A stretch of 64,000 nt of DNA from Bacillota bacterium. Its GTDB lineage: Bacteria; Bacillota; JAAYKD01. The number at the start of each line of letters is the position of its first letter. The stretch's first letter is position 1. This document shows, piece after piece, positions 1 to 9,908 of this stretch. The notes beneath the pieces are model-generated. The model did not search any database. It was not told the DNA's origin and saw nothing but the letters and a program-made list of their open reading frames with translations. The stretch is taken from assembly GCA_963666425.2 (NCBI GenBank), contig OY762825.2, positions 1,440,001-1,504,000 on the forward strand. The letters are read 5' to 3'. The translations under genes were made by a program, and so were the position numbers.

Positions 1-3000
1 GCGAACTATTTTTCAAAGCATCAACCAACTGGTCAATCAATCTGTCAATTGTCTGACGATAGAGCTTTCCAACCGCACTATCACCATCGGAACACTTGTA
101 AACGCCGTAAGCATGTTTCTTCAATTCTGCCGCTGTAATCTTATCTGCTAGAAAAGCCAACTTGAGGTTCGAATACTTGCTGATATCGCTCATACCTGCC
201 TCATATTTCAGCAAGTACAGGTAGTAGTTGAGAATCAAACTTGAGATAACGCCTGGCAAAGTGCTCTCAACTGATTTTGTTGCCCATCGGTTAATAGAAA
301 CCGAGTCTACAAGGATATCTTTATACTCGTGAAACTTAATAAAGTTTTTTAGATAGCTTTGGTCTTTTTCACGTGATGGACGCATAATGTCGATAACCAA
401 ACCAGTGTACTTTCTGCCGACACGCGAGTAAGCTTGAATATATTCAGCTGTATTTCCGGGTATTCCATAGAAAAGCATCAGGTTGAACCTATCAGCATCC
501 ACGCCATGAGAAATCATACTGGTAGCAGCAATCATATTGAAATCAATACCATCTATCATGCTCTCGGCGTGTTCGATGGTTGAAAGCGTAGCCCTTACCT
601 CCTGGAATGTATCATCACCAGTCATCTTCTTAGCGATGAGCGGTTGAACACCTTCATCAATTAGTTCTGTATTGATAGGGTCTTCCAACGCTTGAAGTAC
701 TCGGTTGCTTTCAAGTTTGACATTGTTGTATTCAAGAATAATCCAATATTCTTCCAATAACCGCTTAACCTCTGCTGTCTGCTCCTCTTTTGAGCCTATG
801 ATTTCAATTCCCGTAAAAGAGAGAACCAATTGAGGGTTAGAATAAAGATTCCAGACTACCCGTTTCAGATATTGTAACGAGTAAGCAACGCTATTCACGA
901 TTGCTTTGCCGAATGGTGCATATCCAATAATGATTCTGCCAATGTCCTTCATGTCAATGAACGAATAGAAGTTGTGATCAAGGTAGGGAGAGGCAGCAGG
1001 AAAGCGAATTGAACCTTTATAATACAAATGCTTAGCTTGTTCAGCGTAAGCAGAAATTGTAGCAGTTGCCCCGATTACCTTTATTCCTCTGTTACAGCCC
1101 GACAAAACCTTGATAAAATACTCAATTAGGGTTTCGTAATGGGAGTCATATGCTCCCAATGACTCTCTGATAAGATGCAACTCGTCCTGAATCATCAGCG
1201 TTGGTGCGGGGTCCTTCATCGACACTTTTTTGTAATCAGCAGGGTCACATTGACAACCGTATACCAGACATTTTGTCTTTGAAGTAAACCCATGCTTTGG
1301 ACATTCGAAATCTGCTCCGAACAGGAAGTTGTGAAAGTTCGAATTAAATCCGAGCGCCGTCATCTTATCCACGGTGGAAATAATTACGGAGGGCAAGTAT
1401 CTGTATATATCGTTATCCACCATATAGAGCGGAATAACACCCCGTGAAGCACACTCTGAATTACTGCAAATGTGCCTTAAACAATTGGCCTCGACATCAT
1501 AAACCACATGAACGGTTTCCTGCCCACAGAACGGACAAACATCTATCAAACGATATTTCGCGTCCATCTCGTCTGGAGAAAGCTCAAGCAATGTACTTTG
1601 AAGGTCTTTATCGATATTATTCGGCGTATTGCCGTCACCAACATAATATCCAAGGCTGAACGGACTACCCCCCAGTTCTTTTGCTTGGCGTATTACCTCG
1701 GCAGTAGCAAGTATGTTAGCGACACGCTGAACCTGTTGTACAGATAGCAAGCGGAGCGGATACTTCAACATCGCAGTAACGCCATAATTCTTACCACGTA
1801 AGCGGTCAAAGAACAAATTAAAAACGAGAATACCCAAAAACGCCTCTGTTTTACCACCGCCAGTTGGGAAATATAGGATATCAACATCATCAGTTTTGGC
1901 TTTGCTTTTGATATCATCATCGAGCATTAGGTCTTGCTCGTGTGCCACGACATCAAGAATCAACGAAACGATAAAGACAATCTGAAATAAACGCCAACTG
2001 TCATAACCTTTACTCTTAGCGGAATCCCTGAAGGATTGATTCATATAACAAAAAGCGTCACTGAGCATATTGTGTTTACTGAGCAGTTCAATGCCTGTGG
2101 CAAACCGCGTCATTTCCAAATTAAAAGCCGCAATCTCATTGCCGAACTGTCGCACACCATTCGGGGTAAGAAAACTGCGCCTTTGTTCAAAATCAGCCAC
2201 CCAACGCCTAATTTCATTTTGCATCTGTACGTGAATGCCTTTTAGAGTTTTAATCGGTTCAGTAATCAGGTCGTCAAATTTGATTGCCATTTTATCGTTC
2301 GTCTTTAAGCGATACTGAACATAGTACGGCACATGGGTTGTCTGTATCTCGACATTGTGCATGTCATATGACACATTGCAGTTATTGCCAAGGGCATAAA
2401 CGAATCTATCGTATTTATAATCGTCGGCGAAATAGTCCAGTTCAATTGGGACAAATTCTGTGTCAATGCATCTAATCTTTATGCCAGAATTGAACAGAGT
2501 GGCTATTCTGTATTTGTCTGTCTTTGCTGAAGACTGCCCAAAACCCGCACTTTCGTCGCTCCAAGGTGTCTCGTTGCTTAGTGCGACGGTCACATTAAGG
2601 TGATCACCGCTTCCTTTCAAATCCACACTCAGAGAGTAATCAAAACGAAGGAACATGTCAAATTCCTCGCGAGTCTGTTGCTTCTTGATATAAGCCTGCC
2701 AATTTTCCTCGGTAATCAAGTCATCAATCTTAAGTTTATCCCTAAACTGACACTGCATAATGTTTGGGCGGGCTTTTGCCTCTGCGCAAAGAGCCTCGAC
2801 TTGCCGCTTAATCTCTTTATAAAACGGAGAATCTCCTGGTACACTTCCGCACTCAAACGTGGGATTGTAGATGTCTGCAATTTTCACTTCAACGAAAAAT
2901 TTTCCTCTGTCGATGGCAATCTTCTCATAAATTGGTAGAAGCTGAACCTTGTGGGCTTGCATCTCCGAAGTTAATTTGCCTGTGCTGAACGCTTCAGTAA

Positions 3001-3352
3001 GTGCAAAAAAGTCGGCAAACTGGGGTTCGGTGAATGTTGCTATAAAATTCTTCAGAAAAAATTCCCGCTGCTGATCAAGAACCGGCAAAACCCTAAAGAA
3101 AAAATTACCCTGCGGATAGATCTGCAATACAGCAGTGCCAATATCCTTTTGGGGGATTCGGAAGTCTACACTTATTTGTTTAATCAGCACGCTCGACGAA
3201 AAACCATCCTCTGCACTTTGCGGAGATAGCTTACCAACATAGATGCGGTCTTCGGGACTGTTGAACAACCACTGTTCCTTGTCTGTGCCAGAAATCGCAT
3301 CTACAAACCTATCCATGATGTTCTCTGCCAAAATTTCTCTATTGTTATGCAT
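1..3352 (-). CDS. DrmA-like superfamily 2 helicase with Cys clusters (>1117 aa, runs off the left edge; absent from the ORF track)
   Basis: Translated by hand from ATG at 3352 (MHNNREILAENIMDRF). Motifs: WRLFQIVF, Walker A ILYFPTGGGKTEA (~1841-1879, frame verified against the ATG), KYPLRLLSVQQVQR, CPFCG..C..C and CPKHG clusters, motif II IQDELHLIRESLG, ATAT, ATSMISHGVD, motif VI AEYIQAYSRVGR. Start overlaps the stop of the upstream gene. Confidence 0.88.
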   Translation of the reverse strand, partial: MHNNREILAENIMDRFVDAISGTDKEQWLFNSPEDRIYVGKLSPQSAEDGFSSSVLIKQISVDFRIPQKDIGTAVLQIYPQGNFFFRVLPVLDQQREFFLKNFIATFTEPQFADFFALTEAFSTGKLTSEMQAHKVQLLPIYEKIAIDRGKFFVEVKIADIYNPTFECGSVPGDSPFYKEIKRQVEALCAEAKARPNIMQCQFRDKLKIDDLITEENWQAYIKKQQTREEFDMFLRFDYSLSVDLKGSGDHLNVTVALSNETPWSDESAGFGQSSAKTDKYRIATLFNSGIKIRCIDTEFVPIELDYFADDYKYDRFVYALGNNCNVSYDMHNVEIQTTHVPYYVQYRLKTNDKMAIKFDDLITEPIKTLKGIHVQMQNEIRRWVADFEQRRSFLTPNGVRQFGNEIAAFNLEMTRFATGIELLSKHNMLSDAFCYMNQSFRDSAKSKGYDSWRLFQIVFIVSLILDVVAHEQDLMLDDDIKSKAKTDDVDILYFPTGGGKTEAFLGILVFNLFFDRLRGKNYGVTAMLKYPLRLLSVQQVQRVANILATAEVIRQAKELGGSPFSLGYYVGDGNTPNNIDKDLQSTLLELSPDEMDAKYRLIDVCPFCGQETVHVVYDVEANCLRHICSNSECASRGVIPLYMVDNDIYRYLPSVIISTVDKMTALGFNSNFHNFLFGADFECPKHGFTSKTKCLVYGCQCDPADYKKVSMKDPAPTLMIQDELHLIRESLGAYDSHYETLIEYFIKVLSGCNRGIKVIGATATISAYAEQAKHLYYKGSIRFPAASPYLDHNFYSFIDMKDIGRIIIGYAPFGKAIVNSVAYSLQYLKRVVWNLYSNPQLVLSFTGIEIIGSKEEQTAEVKRLLEEYWIILEYNNVKLESNRVLQALEDPINTELIDEGVQPLIAKKMTGDDTFQEVRATLSTIEHAESMIDGIDFNMIAATSMISHGVDADRFNLMLFYGIPGNTAEYIQAYSRVGRKYTGLVIDIMRPSREKDQSYLKNFIKFHEYKDILVDSVSINRWATKSVESTLPGVISSLILNYYLYLLKYEAGMSDISKYSNLKLAFLADKITAAELKKHAYGVYKCSDGDSAVGKLYRQTIDRLIDQLVDALKNSS

Positions 3353-4424
3353 GACTAGACCACCCCTTTTCGCTGAGCCGCTTGTGGACGAATTCAGATT
3401 TCAATCCAAGGTTCGAGATAAGCTGTTCGTAAATCCAGCAGTAGACCTCTTTACTTATAATGTCACCATACATTTGAAGAATGCTCAGGGCTCTCAACAG
3501 TTCAGAATAGCTACTGATGGTACAGACTATTTCATTGGCGTTATCATGAATCAAGTCAGCGAAATGTTGGTCAAACATAATAAACATTTCATCAATTCTG
3601 AGCCAGTTTCGAAAGTGGTCTGAGCCAGCTACTTCAGATAGCCAAATTAGCTGAACAGCATTTTTGCAACTTTCAATGGAGAGGTAATTCGATTCGATTT
3701 CTGACAGAATGATTTTCCATCGTTTGAACTTTTCTCGTTCTTCATCATCATGCGCCTTTGCTATGACAAAATCTAAATACCCACAATAATCATTTTCCAG
3801 CTCAAAGTTTTTTTCACCCATCTGAATAGAATTTTCTTCAGGAGTTGAATTTATATGGCTATCAGCAGGTGTAGTGAGCTTTCTGGATATTTGATTTGCG
3901 CTATCATCTTTTGTGAATACGGCATCTTCTCCATCATCCAAATCCAACGGCTCGCCCGTAAAAAGCGTAGGGGTACTTACAATTCCCGACCCATATATTG
4001 TTTCTCCACAGATAATTGCTTTTTTGCTTTCAGCAGTGCTATCAATATCAAGAGTCTGAGCAATAAGAATGCTTCCTTCAGCAATAATGGTTTTTGCCTT
4101 GAGCGCTTGTGCTGTTATTCTACTGTTGGTTTCAATGCTTATCGCTGTAATTTCCTCCGACCATATTTCATCATAAACAATAATAGTGTCAGCTTTACAC
4201 TTACCCATACAGAGAAATCTACCCTTGACATCAATTTCGTTCGCTTCCAAGTCGCCAACGACTATTAAATCAAAAAGAGCCGTTATCTTTCCTTTACACT
4301 TGATGTTGGATGCAACAATGTAACTGGCTTTGAATGTCACATCGTCACAATCTATGCAATATGGTAGAATAAATCTCCCGTCTGACGCAACTATACCTAT
4401 GGTCTTGTCATTGTATGTTGTCAT
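3345..4424 (-). CDS. Hypothetical protein: N-terminal bactofilin/beta-helix-like repeats plus helical C-terminal domain
   Basis: 359-aa ORF. First ~160 aa are short I/V-x-x-x-G beta repeats (NIKCKGKI, VVGDLEANEIDVKG, IIAEGSI). Overlaps both neighbours. Fold is inferred. Confidence 0.65.
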   Translation of the reverse strand: MTTYNDKTIGIVASDGRFILPYCIDCDDVTFKASYIVASNIKCKGKITALFDLIVVGDLEANEIDVKGRFLCMGKCKADTIIVYDEIWSEEITAISIETNSRITAQALKAKTIIAEGSILIAQTLDIDSTAESKKAIICGETIYGSGIVSTPTLFTGEPLDLDDGEDAVFTKDDSANQISRKLTTPADSHINSTPEENSIQMGEKNFELENDYCGYLDFVIAKAHDDEEREKFKRWKIILSEIESNYLSIESCKNAVQLIWLSEVAGSDHFRNWLRIDEMFIMFDQHFADLIHDNANEIVCTISSYSELLRALSILQMYGDIISKEVYCWIYEQLISNLGLKSEFVHKRLSEKGWSSHA

Positions 4425-6405
4425 TGGTTTTTACCCCCTGCATTGATTGTCTAATCAAATCCATATATATTGATTCACCCTTCGGAGCAGAGAGTATAAT
4501 GGTTAATTCATCTTTTGCTCTCGTACAGCCAGTATAAATAAGGTTAATGTTCATTTTGAATGCTTCAAGCTTATCAGGCAATTGTTCCTGAGTGGCCGAT
4601 TTAAACTCTGTCAGTGTTCTTGTTTTTTCGTGTGTTCCCAAAGGCCTTAATCCAGCCAACACAACTGCCTTGAAGTCGAGCCCAAGAGCACCTTCGATTG
4701 AAACAACCGTAACGCCTCGCCGAGACCCGTAGGTTACGCCTTCAGATTGACCTTGATATAAAAACGCCGGTGTTTCCCACCCATGATTGTTGAAGTATTG
4801 AATAATATACGGTCTAAGTTTGTAATAATGTGTTTGCCAACCCCTTGTCGTGTATTTAGCATTTTCATTAAAAAGAATAATGGCTATATCAACTTCGCTT
4901 AGGCCTTTATCATTGATCAGGCACTCGATAGCATCCCCAATGGCGTTTGCTTCCCCAATGTTGCTTAACTCGCTCAATTCAACCAATATAGGTGCATTGC
5001 CGGGTCTAAAAGCAGTTCCGCGCAAGAATAATTCAGGGTCAGAGGTTAGGTCGATACCTAAATTTGAGCCCAATTCCTTCGCCACCGAAACATATCTATC
5101 TATGGCATCATTAATTGGCTTAGAGTTGCGATAATTCGTCTCAATTGGAAGAGTTTTACCTCTGTATTCAGGGTATGTGTCACCCCCACCTTGCCAAGGT
5201 GCTTTGCTACGTTTAATGTTGTTTTTTACATCTTGCGATTTGTCACCGGCGATGACAAAAAAATGATCATCTGCTCTTTTGCTTTTAAGCAGGTTAAAGC
5301 AGAAGCGATACCATTCTGGTTTGAAAATCTGAATTTCATCAATGAAGATTCCGCAGAATCTCTCTTTGATTCTGCCTTGCGCTAGCGCGTTATTAGCCAC
5401 TTCAAACAATCTATCGTAAGAGTCGTTTTGATCGTGATGGTTAGCCGAGGGAAGCGGTATACCATTGCTCTCCAATAACGATTTACATAAGGAGAAAAAA
5501 GTTGAGCAACGCACATTTTTATTCATGAATCCTGCTTGGGCTATTGCCCAAGTATAGTAGTTGTTAAGATTTCTGTTGTAGCAAGTGATGAGAAAGTTTT
5601 CGCTTGGATTAAGGCTTGCCAGTTTGAAACATTTGGAAATGAGCAACACGCTTTTCCCACTGCCTGCACAAGCAAGAATAAGTTGGTTGCCCTTAGCGAT
5701 CTTGTTTATGATTTCAATTTGTTTGCTATCCAAGCGGTAAGACTGTACGGCTCTGTCCGTTGAACCTAAAGCTCCATCTGTGCCGGGCATGGTGTTGTTC
5801 TCGTCCAGGATATATTTTCGCGGTATCGTGATTTCAGGGCAAAGCCTCTGAAACACGTTGTTAATTTGGTCTTCCTGAAGTTCATCAGCCTCGCCTAAAT
5901 AGTTCTTGACCGCATCTGCACCTTCTTTGCGAATCTGTGCTATGGTCTCTTTGAAAAGTACGTGATTGGAGCAAAACTGACGTTCACTTTCATCAAGGCC
6001 AGATGTCACTTGACTTTCGTCAGCTTTCGGAAATACAAAGCAAATATTAAGCTCAAACCGTAGTTTACCCGACGGATCAGTGAGGTAACGACTTTCTTCA
6101 AGTCTTTTTGCGATATCACTTCTAAGCATTCCGTACACGGCAGGGTTGCCCAGCGCCTTGATGGCCATCTGTGCTGCAGCATCTAGTACTTCAATAAAGC
6201 GAAACAAGAGTATCCCTTTGTCGACGAGTAAAAGATTGAATAGTTCAGGTTTTCCACCACCTGCATCCTTTTTGCGCGGGTTTATGTGCAGTACATAATA
6301 CGCCAACTTCTCACTGGAAAAAGCCCGCTCAACTGTCCGCAGGAATGATTTTTCGTCAACTGGAAGTTCCAGCTGCTCGCTTTTTTCGGGATAGACTTGC
6401 ATCAT
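4408..6405 (-). CDS. UvrD/Rep-like superfamily 1 helicase with N-terminal NERD-like region
   Basis: Motifs ACAGSGKS, TCYNRNL, FIDEIQ, AGDKSQ, TNYRNS, GLDFKAV, YTGCTRAKDEL. Confidence 0.85.
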   Translation of the reverse strand: MMQVYPEKSEQLELPVDEKSFLRTVERAFSSEKLAYYVLHINPRKKDAGGGKPELFNLLLVDKGILLFRFIEVLDAAAQMAIKALGNPAVYGMLRSDIAKRLEESRYLTDPSGKLRFELNICFVFPKADESQVTSGLDESERQFCSNHVLFKETIAQIRKEGADAVKNYLGEADELQEDQINNVFQRLCPEITIPRKYILDENNTMPGTDGALGSTDRAVQSYRLDSKQIEIINKIAKGNQLILACAGSGKSVLLISKCFKLASLNPSENFLITCYNRNLNNYYTWAIAQAGFMNKNVRCSTFFSLCKSLLESNGIPLPSANHHDQNDSYDRLFEVANNALAQGRIKERFCGIFIDEIQIFKPEWYRFCFNLLKSKRADDHFFVIAGDKSQDVKNNIKRSKAPWQGGGDTYPEYRGKTLPIETNYRNSKPINDAIDRYVSVAKELGSNLGIDLTSDPELFLRGTAFRPGNAPILVELSELSNIGEANAIGDAIECLINDKGLSEVDIAIILFNENAKYTTRGWQTHYYKLRPYIIQYFNNHGWETPAFLYQGQSEGVTYGSRRGVTVVSIEGALGLDFKAVVLAGLRPLGTHEKTRTLTEFKSATQEQLPDKLEAFKMNINLIYTGCTRAKDELTIILSAPKGESIYMDLIRQSMQGVKTNDNIQ

Positions 6406-7937
6406 TATTTTTTTCCTCCCGACTTCAGTTCCTCTATGAATTCGCAGTACAGACTATCGACAGTCGCACGCTCAAAGTTGCGTGACAAAACTTCCATCAT
6501 CGCTTGTACAACCTTTTTCTCTGATTTTGAAAAGTTAGAAGGGATGTCCTTCTTCACTCTGAAGTTCGTTGATTCATCAACTTCATACGCAAGTGTGGTG
6601 AGCCGTTCCATTAGACCGTTTTTTTGCTCTACAACTTCAACAGGAGCATTTTTCGGAATAGCATATAGGTCGCGTCTTGTCGCGGCAAGTCCAGCTATAA
6701 CCTGTTCTTTTTCGGTGGCTGAATGAAATCCTGTAGTGAGAACTTCTTCAAACTTAGATACATCGTATTCAACCTTTTTGATCGTCTTTTGCATCGGGTT
6801 GTTTCTAACCTTGGATGCTGCACGGATTTTATCACTTATCTCCGTACCGATTGTTTCCCTTAAACCAATGGTAAACTCTGAGAAAGTTGTGCTTTTCTCA
6901 AAGTCGTCGCGGCGGGCATTCGGAATTAGGTTAGGAGAGACAACATAAACTTCACCAACCGCCCAACCGTTGAAACGGCTCTCTTTGTAGTAAGGAGCGA
7001 GGGTTCGTCCTCCACCGATAAGAATATTACCTTGTCGTAACCTTAACCCAGAAATACGCTCGTCAAACAGTGTTCCTGAAAAATCCGTGTTAGCGTACCA
7101 ACCGTAGGCAATCATATTCTGATTGCAATCATTTATTCTAAAGAAGGAGAGACTGAGGATTTCATCTTTCGTTACACCTGTACGTGAATTTGACTCAAAG
7201 GACACCTTATATGGCTTGTATACTTGAGAAAGAGATTCAAATGACTCACCTATAAAGACGGGGTATTCGGCAATAGTGATTCCGTTTTTCAACAACTCTT
7301 TTTTTATTTCTCGTTCCCAATAGAATCTGTCTCTAAAAGGTATAGGTGCAACCTGTGAAATATAGTCTTTGACCGTTTCTAAATCCAAGAGAGATGAAAT
7401 ATCGTCGACATCTTCCATTTTTACGATGAAGTAATGCGCCGATGACTGTTCCTGCATAATCTTGATTTCAGTGACGACTTCGATGACGCTCTGGAGATTA
7501 TATTCCGTGCTTTGACCCGGGACTAAAAGGGCTTTCAATTTCTCGCAATCAAAAGTAATAAGCGTCTTTTCGTTTTCACCTAATGCAGTAGTACAGAAAC
7601 TGAGCTTTTTACAATACGAAAGACCTCCAAGACGACCTATACCGCGAAAACCGCGATTTGTCGTATGTAGTTTGGTGGAATTACCGATATCAAGCAGCAT
7701 CTTCCTAACCAAGTCTTTCTTAATGCCTGTTCCATTGTCACGAATACTGATTTCCTGCTTTGTTCCATCAACGATTATCTCAATACGGAAGTGCTCTGCC
7801 TGTGTTAAACCTTCTGCAAGCGCAGTATCAAGTGAATCTACCGCGTTCTGAATATACTCTCGATAGCAGGACTCTGGTTCACTGTACATACCAGTAGTCA
7901 GCGATTCGAGAGTGAATTTACCGATTTCAATTTCCAT
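6405..7937 (-). CDS. GHKL (HSP90/MutL/MORC-like) ATPase
   Basis: Bergerat motifs REYIQNAVD, IRDNGTGI, GFRGIGRLGG; transducer-like IPNARRDDFE; helical tail; RBS GGAGG; TAATG overlap with the next gene. Confidence 0.85.
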   Translation of the reverse strand: MEIEIGKFTLESLTTGMYSEPESCYREYIQNAVDSLDTALAEGLTQAEHFRIEIIVDGTKQEISIRDNGTGIKKDLVRKMLLDIGNSTKLHTTNRGFRGIGRLGGLSYCKKLSFCTTALGENEKTLITFDCEKLKALLVPGQSTEYNLQSVIEVVTEIKIMQEQSSAHYFIVKMEDVDDISSLLDLETVKDYISQVAPIPFRDRFYWEREIKKELLKNGITIAEYPVFIGESFESLSQVYKPYKVSFESNSRTGVTKDEILSLSFFRINDCNQNMIAYGWYANTDFSGTLFDERISGLRLRQGNILIGGGRTLAPYYKESRFNGWAVGEVYVVSPNLIPNARRDDFEKSTTFSEFTIGLRETIGTEISDKIRAASKVRNNPMQKTIKKVEYDVSKFEEVLTTGFHSATEKEQVIAGLAATRRDLYAIPKNAPVEVVEQKNGLMERLTTLAYEVDESTNFRVKKDIPSNFSKSEKKVVQAMMEVLSRNFERATVDSLYCEFIEELKSGGKK

Positions 7938-8961
7938 TTTGAATACCTCCCATTAGCATATTAGTATTGGCGTTTTTCTCACGTTTAGCTCCTTCTGATA
8001 CAATTCTCATGATATCTCCGACGTCACACATCAATGTCGTGTAAATTCTTATCAAAATTTCTGTATTGACATTTCTATATTGGTTTAGGAAAACTCGACA
8101 AAATAAGTGCGCGAAGATGATGAACCTGCTGTGTTGAAGCCCAAGATAAGAACGCCGGACAAAGAGAAGAACAATTAGAGCCGTTTGTTTTGGAAGATCA
8201 TTTTGGATACATGTTCCGGTGTGGCAGTGCCCTGGGTCGAGATGTGTGATACCCACTTCTCGGACTTCACAACGTGAACGGTAAGCCGCTAAACACACTA
8301 TTCACTCAATAATTAAATGCGAACTGTATATTCACCATTCTTTTGTGTGAAACGAGATCGCTGCGCGGGTCTCACCAATTAATCCGCCATTGGTTTATTT
8401 TGATCTGTTTAATTCCCGTTCTTTTGTTTAGTGTTTGAAAAATCTAATGAATTTTCTTTGAGCACTTCCAACTATTTCAGTTTTTAATTATACTTATCTA
8501 AAATGTTATTATATCATTCTAAATTCCTCTTTTACTAACTAAATTCCTTTCATTTTTGAATTATTTAATTATCAAGCTGATTAACTGGAATAGTGAAAAT
8601 CTATTCATCCCACACTTTAAACAACGAATAATCTGAAGGATACATATCAACGGTCCACATTTTAACAACCCCCTAAGGGGTACGAATTCTACCTAACCGT
8701 TACTATTTCAGCGATGATAGTTCCCTCCCCTTTCCTTGCCCAAATAATGAAAAACGAGCCTTCAAAGCAGACTTTTTCAACTTGAAAGCTCATTTTAATC
8801 ATATAATTGGCACGTTTTACAGAAAAAATTAAATAATCTATTGTATCAATAGCTGAATCCTGATTGAGAAGAGAGGTGTGATTCGAACCTATACCGGAAC
8901 GTTATTCAACAAGGTTTACTTCTTTCATTCAACTCATATATTTGCATAGCAACTAACCAAC

Positions 8962-9006
8962 AAAAAAAAATCCAATCAGAACATAAGCTGTTCTGATTGG
9001 ATTTTT
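8962..9006 (-). terminator. Intrinsic terminator, copy of the transketolase terminator
   Basis: AAAAATCCAATCAGAAC..GTTCTGATTGGATTTTT, nearly identical to 12195-12235. Confidence 0.8.
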
Positions 9007-9035
9007 AGTAATATCGACTTTTTTTATCGACTATC

Positions 9036-9650
9036 TTACTTTCTCGCCAAGGCTTCCTTCGCCGCCTGCACAATGTGGGCAGTGGTCAAGCCGTATTTTT
9101 CCAGCAACGCGTCCGGTTTGCCGGACTCGCCAAAGGTATCGTTAATGCCAACTCTTAGCAGCGGAGCCGGGTATTGTTCGGCCAGCAATTCCGCCACGGC
9201 GCTGCCCAGGCCGTTGATAATGCTGTGTTCTTCTGCAGTCACAATGGCGCCGGTTTTCTGCACGGAGGCAAGGATGGTGGCACTGTCAAACGGTTTGATA
9301 AAGAGCACATTAATCACTTTGGCCGCAATGCCTTCTGCCGCCAGCAGATCGGCCGTTTCCACCGCATCGGCAGGCGCAATCACCACCATATTGGGAATGC
9401 CGAGCATCAGACCGAGATCTTCCACCGATTGATGAGTGGCGCCGTCTTCTCCCACGGTTAGTCTGGCGTGGGTGGCCACAATTTTTACGTTCATTTTAGG
9501 GTAGGCAATGGAGTTACGGATTTGGTCATAGGCACGTCCGGTCATAAAGATGGCAAAGGTGCTGATAAAGGGGGTCTTGCCGCTGGCGGCAAAACCGGCG
9601 GCGATGCCGGTCATATCGGCTTCGGCAATGCCGCAACTGAAAAAGCGCTC
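9036..9650 (-). pseudogene. Diverged, 5'-truncated duplicate of the transketolase C-terminal subunit with an in-frame 186-bp (62-aa) deletion
   Basis: Matches 12283-13083 with scattered substitutions; AVETA is joined directly to DLLAAEG. Confidence 0.9.
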
Positions 9651-9680
9651 TATGTTAAGCGCACCACCGGTATGGAACAG

Positions 9681-9818
9681 GATAGTACGGTTGTTTTGAA
9701 CGTGCTCATCGGTAATTGGTGCTTCGCCATGCAGATCTTCTTCCTCCACATTATAATTCATCGTTTCTATTGCATGATTCTTTGCGGCAATCGTCAATGC
9801 AGGCAGAAAATCCGCAAG
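9681..9818 (-). pseudogene. dinD: DNA-damage-inducible protein D, C-terminal fragment
   Basis: LADFLPALTIAAKNHAIETMNYNVEEEDLHGEAPITDEHVQNNR resembles the DinD C-terminal region. Confidence 0.7.
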
Positions 9819-9908
9819 TCAAAACCTAGATATTATCGCGACCAATTGAGCTTGTTAAAGAGCCTTAAAGAAGAATATGATCTCGATATCATAGATAAAA
9901 CTATGCTT

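Noticed and set aside
1444-2938. Short plus-strand ORFs
   Set aside because: Antisense shadows of the large minus-strand helicase gene.
7927-8298. 123-aa ORF upstream of the GHKL ATPase
   Set aside because: Atypical start, no RBS or motif, and it overlaps the ATPase RBS; probably non-coding or decayed DNA.
9036-9797. 253-aa ORF as a functional second transketolase subunit
   Set aside because: Chimera of a DinD fragment and a tkt copy that lacks the N-terminus and 62 internal residues.
9820-9908. Plus-strand peptide KPRYYRDQLSLL.. reminiscent of an IS21-type transposase tail
   Set aside because: Only ~30 codons, with no terminal repeats or partner gene; too weak without a search.
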